From positions 14,968,371 to 15,032,370 of the forward strand of contig NC_092678.1 of NCBI RefSeq assembly GCF_964355755.1: DNA of 64,000 nucleotides, in the 5' to 3' direction. The stretch's first letter is position 1, and every line of letters begins with the position of its first letter. The notes beneath the pieces are model-generated. The model saw only the letters and a program-made list of their open reading frames with translations, did no database searches and was not told the DNA's origin. Source of the DNA: Antedon mediterranea (lineage: Eukaryota > Animalia > Echinodermata). A program made the position numbers and the translations under genes. Shown piece by piece: positions 50,101-62,833 of this stretch.

Positions 50101-53100
50101 TGAGGCTGACATTAAGAAACCCAAGATCGAAAAGCTCTTTGGCACCTATGTGAGACCTCGGACCAACATTTAAAATGAAACGTGCCATCTTGTTCTGGGC
50201 AGTTTGTAATTTATGTTTAAGATTCTTATTGACACCGCCGTACCATGCCGAGGCAGAATAGTCTAATGTACATTGTATTAAAGCAGTGCTTAATAGTTTA
50301 CGACATTTTTTATTCAAGCACGAACTTTGCCTATGTAAAAACTTCAACCTTGACTTAACTTTATTGATAACACTAGTTGCATATTGGTCTAAATCAATAC
50401 CCAAATATTTAACTTGCTTAGTACTTTTGATTCTACGGCCCATTAATTCTACAGGAAACTCTTTAACTTTGTTAAGCTTCGCTCTGCTACCAAAGATAAT
50501 ACTTTCGGTTTTGCCATCATGTAAAGATAATTTGTTTTCAGTTAACCAGTCCTAGCACTTAGCTAGGACAGTACTTAATTTATGAGCGATTTTGGTAGCA
50601 TCGTGATGAGAATTATAAGTATTCATCACACAAACCGTCGAATATCTATTCGTCACTTTGTTGGAGGAAAACTCGCATCTCGCACACTGTTTACGCGTCT
50701 CCAAACGGCGAATATGCAATTCGTCAATAATTGAAAATGATCTTATTGGTTTATTGTGTATCTGGAACATTCCATTATTTGATGGCAAATGTTCAGTCGC
50801 GCGATGTTAGAGTGAACATAGCTTATAGAATATTGAACAGTATTTTATCCATTAAAAAAATGTTGTTATTGATAAATGATTTAGTAAGCTAATTATATAA
50901 ATACATGTCAGGCAATTTAATGTCACGGTTTGATCTTTGTTATTTCGTACGTTCTCTAGCGCACAAGCATGTACATTGGATTACATTATGACACTGACAA
51001 CACACAGAGAACGGTACTGTAACGTTGTTAGAGTAACAATGTTAGAGTCTTACACTATATAAATTATTTTGAATTATTTAAATTTTTAGAGAATAAATGA
51101 TATATTAAGAGTATTTTTATATTTTGTTCTTGATTTTTAAATTCGATTGTTACGGCATTTAATCAGTTCGTCATTTATTCGAATGAAACAAGAAATGAAG
51201 ACATGCCATAACCGACATGTATTTTTAGAAACAACATTACATTGTATGAAGTAAATTATGACATCATATAATCGATTGTCATTCACACATTGTATTACAA
51301 TTATAGTAGCACTAATTTATCTGTCTCGTTTGGTTGTTGGTTGGTTTATATAATAATAATCAACTCTTGAAATAATTTTATTTGGGTCCTATTTTATAAA
51401 GGCGTAGACAAGTAGACTGTTGCGTTGACATTGGTCAGTACGGTATGCTATGTAACAAGTTATGTGTGATAAATAATGTACAAATGAATTTAGCTGTTTT
51501 TTTATTGTTTTGTACACTCAGAAGATTTTGTCATAACAATGTAGAATTTACAACCATTATGAATGTGGCATGACCGAAATATATGATTACATTACAGCTG
51601 GAATTAATATTTACTACTACATGGTTATGATTTCTTTATAGTCTGGATACACTCCACTACATTTGTATTTACTATGTGCCAATCCTACAACAGAAATAGT
51701 GGATTGTCTCACACAACACGGCGCACCAGTAACGTCACAAAATGAGGTAACATACTATTTTAGGGGGTCTATTATGCCAGTATTAATAAAACATTATCGA
51801 TTCCAGCAAACATCTCTATTCCATTTATGACGCCCCTTTTATAATTATATGAATTATTTAGAAGTAGGTATTGCAAATTCAAAACAGTTATTAAATAAAA
51901 ATTAATTAATTAAAAACTATATTATGCAGACATGCCATGATCGATATGCGTTTGTAAAAAAAATTATTACATTGTTTTAAGTGCGTCTCGCAATTATGAC
52001 GTCATATAATGGATTGTCATTCACACATTTGTATTACAATTATAGTAGTTCTTCAATGTATCTGTATTTTTTTTAAGCTGGTTAGAATATAATTTTTATT
52101 CTTGAACTAATTTCATTGGGTCTTAATTTAACATAACAAAAAAATATGAATAAATTACATGAATATGGCATCTTTCTAGTATGGAGACACTACTCTACAT
52201 AGGTATTTGCGATATTCTAACAGCAATAGTGACTTGTCTCACATAGTATGGCGCATCAGTAACATCACAACATGTAGTAATGTATACACAATCATAGTGG
52301 TATTTATGTCATTATTATGAAAACAGTATCTGTTCCAGCAAACATCCCTATTTCATTTATAATATGTAATTTATAACTAATATTAATTATTTTGATATAT
52401 TTATTGCGAATTTTAGAAGCAGTTATTGAATGAAACAAGAAATGAAGACATGCCATAACCGACATGTATTTTTAGAAACAATATTACATTGGATAAAGTC
52501 AATTAATATTAATTCACACATTGTATTACACTTATAGTAGCACTTTAATTTATCTGTCTAGTCTGTTTAAGTTGGTTTATATAATATAATAATTAACTCT
52601 TGAAATAATTTTATTTGGGTCCTATTTTATAAAGGCGTAGACAACTAGACTGTTGCGTTGACGTTGGTCTGTACGGCATGCTATGTAAAAAGCCAGATGT
52701 GTTGTAAATAAAGTAAAAATGAATGTAGCTGGTTTTTATTGTTTTGTACACACAGAAGATTTTGTCATGACAATGTAGAATGTATAACCATTATCAATGT
52801 GGCATGAGCAAAATTTGATTACATTACAGCTGGAATTTATATTTACTACTATAATGATTATGATTTCTTTCTAGCTTGGATACACTCCACTACATGTGTA
52901 TTTAATACGTGCCAATCCTACAACAGAAATAGTGAATTGTCTCATACAACACGGCGCATCAGGAACGTCACAAAATGAGGTAACATACAATTTTAGGAGG
53001 TCTATTACGCCAGTATTAATAAAATATTATCGGTTCAAGCAAACATCTCTATTTCATTTATTATTTGTAATTTATAATTATTATTAATTATTTTGATTTA

Positions 53101-53616
53101 TTTATTGCAAATTTTAGAAGCAATTATTGAATGAAGAAAGAAGTGAAGACATACCATAACAATATTACATTGCATAAAGTCAATTAATATTAATTCACAC
53201 ATTGTATTACAATTATAGTATCACTTCAAGTTATCTGTCTAGTTTGTTTAAGTTGGTTTAAATAATAAAATCAACTCTTGGAATAATTTTATTTGGGTCC
53301 TATTTTATAAAGGCGTACATTTTCTTTTTTTATTCAATCAAATACGTTAGATAAGTACGAAATAAAACAGTACTTACCACGACGTCAAGCGTACCGGTTT
53401 TCAAGTCGACTGATTGTTAGTTGCGTTGACGTTGGTCAGTACGGCATGGTATATTTAACAAGCGAGATGGAATTGATATTTATAAACTTCTTGATTATGA
53501 TTTCTTTCTAGTATGGAGACACTTCACTAGATACGTATTTACGATGTGCCAACCCTAAAACAGAAATAGTGGCTTGTCTCGTACGAAATGGAGCATCAGT
53601 AACGTTACAAAATAAG
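47120..53616 (+). CDS. 5' part of an ankyrin-repeat gene with one repeat per phase-0 exon; the 3' part is not seen in the window
   Basis: Exons: 47120-47124 (ATG AG), 47260-47353 (MSYRFQNAFEVNDLQQIKEICKREPDILKTKDE N-cap), ANK exons 48094-48201, 48875-48979, 51642-51746, 52180-52276 (frameshifted), 52875-52979, 53512-53616. All have pyrimidine-rich tag acceptors and gtaa donors; consensus xGxTPLHxYLxxANPTTEIVxCLIxxGASVTSQNx. Confidence 0.88.
49387..51172 (+). mobile_element. Truncated copy of the CGTCAC-TIR DNA element, interrupted by a LINE fragment
   Basis: Starts cgtcactcgtcacacgaaccggcgaatcg like 58276; homology resumes at ~50633 after the LINE. Confidence 0.8.
49543..50625 (-). mobile_element. 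5'-truncated L2/CR1-group LINE with (ATCA)n tail
   Basis: ORF 49838-50443 VKYLGIDLD..LDYSASAWY..LQTAQNKMARFIL..HNHFTRG..WNRLP; tail aataaaatcaatcaatcaatc. Confidence 0.85.
52180..52276 (+). pseudogene. Degenerate ankyrin exon (~7-nt deletion, TAG in the ancestral frame)
   Basis: TATGGAGACACTACTCTACATAGG...tattctaacagcaatagtg lacks part of the aaccctacaaca seen in sister exons; ACA TAG TAT GGC GCA. Confidence 0.8.
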
Positions 53617-53689
53617 GTAACATACAATGAACGACATGTGTTTGTAAAAACAATTATGACATCATAATAAACGATTGCTGACCCTTCTT

Positions 53690-53943
53690 TATGTTTAAGT
53701 AATCAGCCAGTAAACTATTCAGTAGGTCAAACTTACTGTCAAACAAAGCACTAGCCACACGATCATTAACGTTCTCTATCCTCCTCTATATTTGAGATAT
53801 GAATCTGTAGTAGACATTAACCTTCCGATAATAATCAGTGCAAACAAGATATAGCTAAGATTTATTTTGCGTTTGAAGTTATATGAATACACATGGAGAA
53901 TTCCAAGCACTGCAACTAGGCTCTATATCATTTTTAATCATAT
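53690..53943 (-). mobile_element. Old remnant of the Gmr1-like Gypsy family (RT region); duplicate at ~49195-49386
   Basis: Aligns to 19945-20182 (gatatgaatctgtagtaga..ttaaccttccgataat..catggagaa.tccaagcactgcaactaggct). Confidence 0.8.
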
Positions 53944-56300
53944 CGTCACTCGTCACACGCACCAGCGAATCATCATTTTGGCGCGAATTTTTTTTTTTTT
54001 TTTTTTTTTTTTGTATATTTCTAAAGTATTTATTCTATAGAACAATTGATCTAAATATCAACTGCGTATCTTACTTATTAATTAATTATTTTAATTATAA
54101 TTTGGCGAATCGTCGAATATTGATTCGTCATCTTCGTGGGAGTAAAAAGCGCATCGCGCACACTGTTTACGCGGCTCAATAAACGACGAATATGCGATTT
54201 GTCACTAATTGCAAGTGATCTTATAGGTTTATGGTGTACCTGGAACATTCTATTATTTGATTGATAATGTTCAATCGCGCGAAGTTAGAGTGAGCATAGT
54301 TTACAGAATATTGAACAGTATTTTACCCAGTAAAAACATTTATGTGGTATTTGATAAATTATATAAATACATTTCAGGCAATTTAATGCCACGGTTCAAT
54401 GTTTGTTTTTTCATACGTTCTCCCAAGCACAATCATGTACATTGAGTTTCATTAGGGCACTGACAATACACTAGTCTGGGTTCCAGACGGAGTTTTGTCT
54501 TAATATTAGTTAAAAGATAAATATTTTGGCACATATGGCGTTTCATACGTATACTACTTGATTTTGGATACTCCGTCTGGGGAAACACGCACAAGTCACG
54601 TGGTTTGACACCAATAATTCTTGGTGCATACGATTATCCGGTTGACTAGTTTCAGCTGCATGCGATTGGCTACTCTCTCGTACACGGTTTAAATATTCAT
54701 ATTTCAGAATTTCAAAAACTCAACAACTAAGATGATGCGCATGCGCTATGTTACGTTTAGACAATGTGTACTTGGGTACATTTATGAAAGTTCTGAAGGC
54801 TAGAAATTATTTTATATGCCTAGTAGTCTGGTAAATATTTGATGGGATCTTTGAAACATGAAAACTCGTCTTGATATATGATAGGCTAGCTTCTCCGCAA
54901 ATCAAACATTGAATGGATCATTTATTACGCGGAGATAATTTTGATTTAATCCCACCCAGACCCTGTCCTGTTCTGTGTAGTGGTGTAGCCCTGTTGTGTG
55001 CCGGTGGTATGTAGGCCTACTTCATTGGCGTTTTATTTGGCAGGTCATACGTGCGAGTTGAGTAGGACCTACGAAAGAGGCCTAGGCCAAGGACTAAACA
55101 ATTAATAAACAAAACAACTTGGCATTACTATTTTATATTTCAACAGTCTCGATCGTACATTAAGCACTGGTAGGCCTACTACGTACTCGATCTCTTTCAT
55201 TTTGAAACAAAATGATCATTGGTTGATTCGAAATCCATATTTACATACCGCCCGCCCCATATATAGTCCATGGGATTTAGCTAAAAAATGACCCTTTTCT
55301 CACACAAATTGCAAGAAAAGGTTTTTTTGATGAAATGTGTTCTTTAGACCCTACTGAACATATTTATCAACGTTAGGACATTTTTCAAAAACGGGAAGTA
55401 GCCTAATTTGCATAATTAAAAATGGCCGCCATTTTTGATAACGTACTCTGTATCTTGAAAACCGCTAGTCACAGATACTTAATTATGGTGTCAAAATTGT
55501 TAGAATATATGTTTTTATATTCACTTTATTGAAAAAGTATTTTGAATTATTGAACTTTTTAGAGAATAATTAAGGAGATTATTAAAAAAAACATCAAATT
55601 TCACCTCTATTGATAATGGATAATGATCATAATAACTTTCATATCTGTATAGGCCTACACTTGTATTAAACAATTCATAAATTTTGATGTTAGACTATTT
55701 TTATATTTTGTTCTTGCTTTTTAAATTCGATTGTTACGGCATTTAATCAGTTCGTCAATAAATATCTGGCTATACTAAATACTATACTGTTTAGGGTAGT
55801 CTGCAAATTATACTGTGATAGGCCCTACACTAAAACCTGAATGTCATTTAATTAGTAAATAATTTAAATTAGCCCTGAAAAGCCGTGTTTAAACTGTTTC
55901 CCAACTAAGGGGAAAATTTAATTAAAAACATGTATTCTAACAATTAAAAGTGCCTTGACTTATGTAGAGATCAAATCATGTATAAATTAATAAATAAATT
56001 CATTAAATAAACCAAGTTTACTTTTTGGAATTAATTATTGCTAAAATTATGCTTTTCAGTTTAGGCTACTATAAATTATATTTTGCAACGTATTTGTGAT
56101 TCTTCTTTTGCATTTTTAACAGAATAATGTGTTTACTTTTATATTATTATCGATAGGGCCCTATCTAAGATGTTTATGTGGGACTGCCTATTCATTCACA
56201 CGACACAATCGCGCGAATATCGCGATTTTATAGTCATTGCGTAAGATTATTGTTCACACGAAGTAACGAATATGCGTCGAATATGGTTTAGCTGCTGAAA
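53944..56300 (+). mobile_element. Second copy of the CGTCAC-TIR element (right end lost), with other repeats inserted at ~54470-55535
   Basis: ATAT|cgtcactcgtcacacg at 53940; colinear with 58276-59723 and 63102-63200; contains the empty Harbinger site at ~56183-56200. Confidence 0.8.
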
Positions 56301-56329
56301 ATTACAAAAATTAGAAGCAAAATAACCAA

Positions 56330-56900
56330 CACGTCATTCCCTGAACTAAAACCTCTATTCTCTTCTTTTCTATCAAACAGTCTCTTCATTTTAACTTTAG
56401 CATTTACAATATTACTGTTTGTCATCTCACATGCACGATTTAACTAACAAAATTCAGACACATAATCACGTATTGATACATACTCCTTTACATTCCCAAA
56501 CAGTCTTTCTATGACTATTTTGGGAGGGATTCAAAACGTTTGACTAAACTCAAATGGGCTAAACCTCAAGCACGGACCATGGATAACATATATGGTTTTA
56601 TGCCATCTATTGCGCCACCTCACATGATGGAAGCATGTGATAATTCAAATTTGTCACACAACCGGCGCTACTGTCACTCTCCGGCCAATTAATAATTTCC
56701 AAAATGATATTGACACTCCAGGCCGGAAGACTCGGAACGACACCGACATAAAAAAAAAACTCCACTAATAATATATGTTCCTGAGTCCGAACAAACATGA
56801 AGTGAGACTTCCTTATAACCCATGCAACACTTTGAAAAAACACACTTGCTCCAGCAGAAGACTCGTCCGAAAATGACAATGCCGATTCTAATAACATCAA
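56330..56900 (-). mobile_element. Gypsy remnant (integrase and protease pieces) of the same family as 18602-24018
   Basis: LESALSFSDESSAGASV..VGVVPSLPAW matches the 1238-aa ORF; 56330-56570 aligns to ~20680-20925. Confidence 0.85.
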
Positions 56901-59889
56901 ATTGGCCTCAACTTGAACCTATAAATAAAGTTTCCAAATTGTTATGTACATTACATGTCTCTTATACAGTTTAACATTGTATATTGTTCTATTATATGAT
57001 GAATTAATTGAACATCTATAGCATATAAATATGGAAGTCGAATTGTACCACCCGCGTGAAACGTTCCTTCATTTCCTTGTTCTATCAGTCAATACATCAA
57101 AGTACAATATTTGTAGTGAATAGGGAAATATACTTGCTGTCTTCCCTAACTTAAGAGTACAGTAAACCTATTCACTTTATGAGTCTACATTCCGGGATGA
57201 TCGGGTGCTCACCAGCGTTCAATTTACCTACCGAACCCTAGTTACCGACAAGGGCATATCCTAATACTTCGGTTTGGATGTATAATGCCGATAGGTACGT
57301 TATACAACAGTTAGAAGGAAGTTAAAGTTAATATATGCATGCTGTGTTCTTTTTTTTAAATTAACCATTTGAAGACGCTGGGTTTCTACCCCAATTAATA
57401 ACTAAAGCTAAATAAGGTATTTTTAATAGGTTTAGGAACAAGGCCATATACATATACATAGCTGCAGTCGCGTCCGACCGACCGACCGACCGACCGACCG
57501 ATATAGTGAACTGTAGAGTCACATTGCACGCAACTAAAAATGCAAAATACATTTTTATGACTGTAACTTTCTGCAATTGTTGGTTTTATTTATTTGAAAT
57601 GGTTTGGCCTTCCGAAAAATTGGTTTTATTTTTTATTTTGAACCTAGGTCAAAGGTCAAATGTAAAAAAAGTCAGTGACCCCAACAAGTAACCCGTATAT
57701 ATACAGGCCTTGCGTCCTGGGACATTGAATTACTCCCGTATGGGATACAGGCCACGTTTTCAAAGGGTTAAGTGTCTATTAATTCTAAAAGCAGCAATTT
57801 TAAATACACATTTGCAGAGTCATCGCAAATAATATTAGTGCTCACTGTAAAATGAATGTTTGAAAATCTTTGCAGTCAAAACATTTTAAATCACGTTAAT
57901 ATAATTAATATACCGTACATCTGTACATTATCTTTGTTTTGTTTTGTTTGTGTAAAAATATTAAAATAATAGACGTTTATTGTGTTATTGATTAATATTA
58001 TGTCAGTTATTTTCCGTCCTCATGTCTGGTATAGGAAAATATTACTGCATTTCATGGTCGTCAGGTAAATTGTAGTGTTTTGTAAAAGCTTCTAAAGTAT
58101 GTTATCATTTCCGTCTGGTTAACAGCGACTTAGTTGAATCTGGTTGAATATTCTTGCAGTCTCCCGTTGTTCTCAGTTAAATGTCTTGATTTGTGGTGGT
58201 AAGAATGTTTCGTAGTTTGTCTTTAAGATGAATAGTATATGTTTTCTGGTGGCAAAATTAAAACGAAGTAAATATCGTCACTCGTCACACGAACCGGCGA
58301 ATCGTCATTTTGGCGCGAAATTTTTTTTTGTATATTTCGAAAGTATTTATTCTAAAGAACAATTGATGCAAATATCAACTGCGTATCTTATTTCATTAAT
58401 TAATTATTTAAATTATAATTTGGCGAATATATTGTGATATTATAATCATTCGTCCCACGAAGCGTCGAATATCGATTCGTCACTTCGTGTGAGTAAAACG
58501 CGCATCACGCACACTGTTTACGCGCCTCAATAAACGGCGAATATGCAATTCGTCACTAATTGCATGTGATCTGATTGGTTTATTGCATATCTGGAACATT
58601 CCATTATTTGATGGCCAATTTTCAGTCCCGCGAAGTTAGATTGAGCATAGATTAAAGAATATTGAACAGTATTTTATCCAGTAAAAACTGATTTTTGTGG
58701 TTATTGATAAATTATTTAGTAAGCTAATTATATAAATACATTTCAGAAAATTTAATGCAACGTTTCAATGTTTGTTCTTTCGTACGTTCACTCGAGCACT
58801 AGCAAAACATTACATTACATTATGGCACTGACAACACATACACGAAACGGTACGGTAACGATTAGGCCTAAATCAATGTTATAGTCTTAAGTATTTTGAA
58901 ATATTTAATTTTTTAGAGAATAAATAACCCGATTATTAAAAAGAAACATCAAATTTCCCCTCTATTGTCAATGGGTAATGCTACTAAGGATAATAACTTT
59001 CATTTCTGTGTTCACATTTTTATTAAACAATTCATACATTTTGATGTTAGAGTATTTATATTTTTTGTTTTTGCTTTTTAAATTAGATAGTTACAGTATA
59101 ATTATTATAATCAGAGAGTCACCAAATATCTTTGGGACATGGCTATACTCTAAATACTATCGTATACTATAGGGTAGTCTGCACATTATCCTGTGATATG
59201 CCCTACAATAAGACCACATTGCTACGGTATCACATTAAATTAGTAAATAATTTAAATTAGCCTTTTAATACGGATATTAGAAAAGGCAGATAACACATTT
59301 AATGTTATTTAATAAATACTATATTGGCCATGAATGGCTAAATGATTGTAGGCCTAATATGCTGAAAAAGTCATATTGTACAATGGACTGTTTTAATTAT
59401 TTTTTAACTGTTCCCGTAGGGCCTACTAAGGGAATATTGAATTAAAAACGTTTATTCTAACTATCTAACATTGCCTTGCCTTATGTAGATATCAAATAAT
59501 GTATAAATTAATAATTAAATTTAATTAAATGAACCATGTTTCCGTTTTTGCATTATTTAAAATAGCTAGAATGATGTTTGTGCATCAGTTAGGCTACTAT
59601 AAATTATATTTTGCAATTGATTTGTGATTGTTCTTTTGCATTTTTAACAGAATAATTTGTTTACTTTATATTATTATCGTTAGGGCCCTATCTAAGATGT
59701 TTACGTGGGACTGCCTATTCATTAGAGAGCTTTCGCTATCTCGATCGGGAACGAGCCGCCGAGAAAGTAAGGGTTTTTTGTGTATGACGTCATTAGTTTA
59801 TGTGAAATTTTAATTAACTAATGCTCGTAACCCGAGATACAGGAGCTGGTTCTCGTTCTGCAAAATCGAGAAATACACGACGTCGCGAC

Positions 59890-61678
59890 ATGGTGAGTTA
59901 AACTTTTGACCAATAGCAAAAAAACGTTTCATGTACTTTTCCTGATATAAGTTATTAAAATAAGAATTAGACTCATCTCAACATTAATCTAAATTATATA
60001 TTTGTGAACTTTCTGTAGGCCTAGGCCTAGGTAGGCCTGCCCTAGGCTAGGCCTAGTCAGAAAACATTTAGTTTATGCCTAGGCTAGGCTAGCCTACGCC
60101 TAGCTAGAGGAGGAGGCGGCCTAAACTAGCCTAGGCCTAGGCTAGTTTAGACGGTGTAGGTGCCAGGGCCTCCGATCCTACTTACTAATACTACTAGGCT
60201 TAGGCTAGTCACTAATGGCTTGTATAATTTATTAAACAGCTAGGGCCTAACTTATAACTAGGCCTAGCCTAGGCCGAATTACTAATTAGCTGTAAAAATA
60301 TTATATTCTCCACCAAAATATTTACAATTTTAATTAACAGGAGCTGTTAAATAAAGAGCTTGGACTGGGTCAGAAAAAAAATAGGTAAGTCGTCATTTAA
60401 AATGATCAATTATTCGATCGATTATTGATTATTTTCGTTATGGAACTTTTCTGTATAGGCCTAATATTAATAATGAGTGTTAAAAACACTGAATGGTCTA
60501 TTAGTATTATGAAAATAGTTGAAATCATATAATAACTTTTATTTCTTTATAGCAAAAAAACCATAAGGTATTGCGCAGCAACGGACATAATGCTGCTGAA
60601 GGAGGTCCTGTCACTAAACCCTTATGAAAATGGAGAAAAATGGAACGATGTGGCTTCAAATTTCAATGTTGCCCTCAAGGTGTTTCGTCCATCCACCTTG
60701 CAGGTAAACACGAGATCAGTTAAAGAGAGGGTTGAAAAGCTCTTGAGGATATTTAAGTCGCAGCAGTTAGAATCACTAAGAAAGTAAGTGTATTTATGAA
60801 TTCTTCATAGTTAACATAACTATTTGGAAACATAAAGTAAAAATGAGGTATGTAAGTTTTTCTAATGTCTACAAAATAAGGACATCTGCATAAAAAAAGG
60901 TAATAATACTTTTCACCCACTGTGCTAAATAAATAATATGTATGTATAAAGTTTTCATTAACCTGCTTTTAAATTACCAGAAATTCAATGTAATTTTACA
61001 GATCGGGATGTGCTGAAGAATATTCGGAGAGAGAACAGCTGTTAACAGAACTAACTACCCTGAAGGATGAGAGCCAGAAGCCACAAATCAAGCAAAATAC
61101 TAAATCAGAGGTGTTGTTTGAATCAGGTTTAGAAATTAGAAAAAGAGCATTGGAAACATTGGGTCCAGTAAATAGAGGTAATATATATAAAGTTAAAGTA
61201 ATTATAAACTTTAACTCTTTGAAAACAAGCATGAACATTTTACCCTGGGTGGTGACACAGCAAGGATTAGCAAAATAATATGTAAAACCTCATTCAGTGA
61301 AAAAAAAAATTCTATTTGATTGGTCCCATATTTTATATTCTAAAATATATCATTACAAATTATGTCATAAAACTGAAAACCCAGACTTTTTTCCAAAACA
61401 TCTTCAGAAAGGGTTAATACTTTCAAAATTTATAATGGTGTTATACTGTACTTTGTTTTTATATTTTATGGCAGATAAAACCAGTGAAAAAAAAAAGCTG
61501 AAGACAAATTCACTTCATAACTATAAAGAATAGAGAACTGGATCTTAAGGAAAGGGAGTTGGAGGTTAGAAGGCAAGAGCTGCAGTTGCAGAGGGAGGAG
61601 GCGGTTTTCAGAAGAGAGAGTGAAAAAGAAGAGAGGGACGCACTAATAGAGTGTTTGAAGGCATTTGCCAATAAATAA
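59890..61678 (+). pseudogene. Harbinger Myb/SANT-like DNA-binding protein gene, 5 exons, frameshift in the last exon
   Basis: Exons 59890-59892 (ATG|gtgagt), 60341-60384, 60553-60783, 61002-61177, 61475-61678; DIMLLKEV..NPY..KWNDVA..RSVKERVEKLL..SGCAEEYSEREQLL..IRKRALETL plus a coiled-coil tail; shift near 61525. Confidence 0.8.
60016..60275. repeat. Dense cluster of TAGGCCTA/TAGGCTA/TAGCCTA motifs in intron 1 of the Myb-like gene
   Basis: taggcctaggcctaggtaggcctgccctaggctaggcctag ... ctaggctaggctagcctacgcctagctag ... taggcctagcctaggcc. Confidence 0.9.
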
Positions 61679-62407
61679 TTTATTTATTCTCACTATTCAA
61701 CTAATAAACATTAATTATTTATATATTAAAGATGTATTGTCCCTTTGACTAATTCCAAAAAAATTAAAAATTAAAGATTTCGAAAAAAAGGTGGCTCATT
61801 TTGAAGTATCATAATAATTATTAACTATCACCAAAAATGTTTAAAAAAAAAAATCATTAAACTGAAATACAGACGTTTTTTGTTAAGAAAATAACTCTGA
61901 CTTCCAGTCAAAGTTTTCGATCAAAACATATCCCATAATAAAACGCGCTTGTTTGGCTACTCTGTATGCATAATCATAAAACTTCCTTATGATCTGTGTG
62001 AAAATACCTTCTCAACCATGTCGAGTTGTAAACAATCCTAATTAGCATATGCATAATGCGTACCCATGGTGTGAAATCTTTGTTTACTTTCGCTCGCGAC
62101 GATTTTCCAGATGAAATGTAATCAAACTAATTTACCTGTTATTACGTAAACTTGTTGTTTTTGGCTCGAATTTTCAACTTAAAGTAATAACTTTAATATT
62201 ACTTTGATATGGCCACTTTAAATTTAGAATATTTTTACCTTTATTTTTTTGTGTTTCAAGGGACAATACATAAATATGAAATTTAGCATAGTAGACTGTT
62301 TATAAATATAGTAATTGAAAAGTAATTTTGACCTATGGTAGTAGTAGTGCAATAAATACATATATTTGCAATTGATAATTATGTTGAGGATCTATTATAG
62401 TTTTCAA

Positions 62408-62833
62408 TTAAGCATTGCCCAAATAGGCCTACTCCTCGAGTGTTGGGGGTTCGACTTCAAAAAATGATCCAGTTACTGACCCATACAAACAAGTATGACA
62501 ATTGGTTAGCAAACCAGCCACAATATAGTATTTTGCCACTGGTTGTAAAAACACCTTAAGGTCTTTCTTGAAGTCCACAAAAGCCCAGTTCTGTAGTATC
62601 TTTCCAAATACCCACTCCACACAAACACGTACAGAAGACATGGCAGCATTGAACTCCTGCTGACGCTGATCTAAGTTAGCAGCTCCTTGTCTGAATGGTG
62701 AAATCAGCCATGGGCGTATAGGATAAGTTGATGAATTTCTTCTTTCAAATACCTGTCTATCTAAAGCGTACTGTAATAGATCCTCATCATGATTATCAAT
62801 TGCAAAATCTACCAAATTTTCGGCCATTTTCAC
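62408..62833 (-). pseudogene. Harbinger (HARBI1-like) DDE transposase, N-terminus fused to C-terminus by a large deletion
   Basis: YPIRPWLISPF..FNAAMSSVRVCVEWVFGKI..YYIVAGLLTNCHTCLYG..FF..PPTLEE; junction near 62730. Confidence 0.88.
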
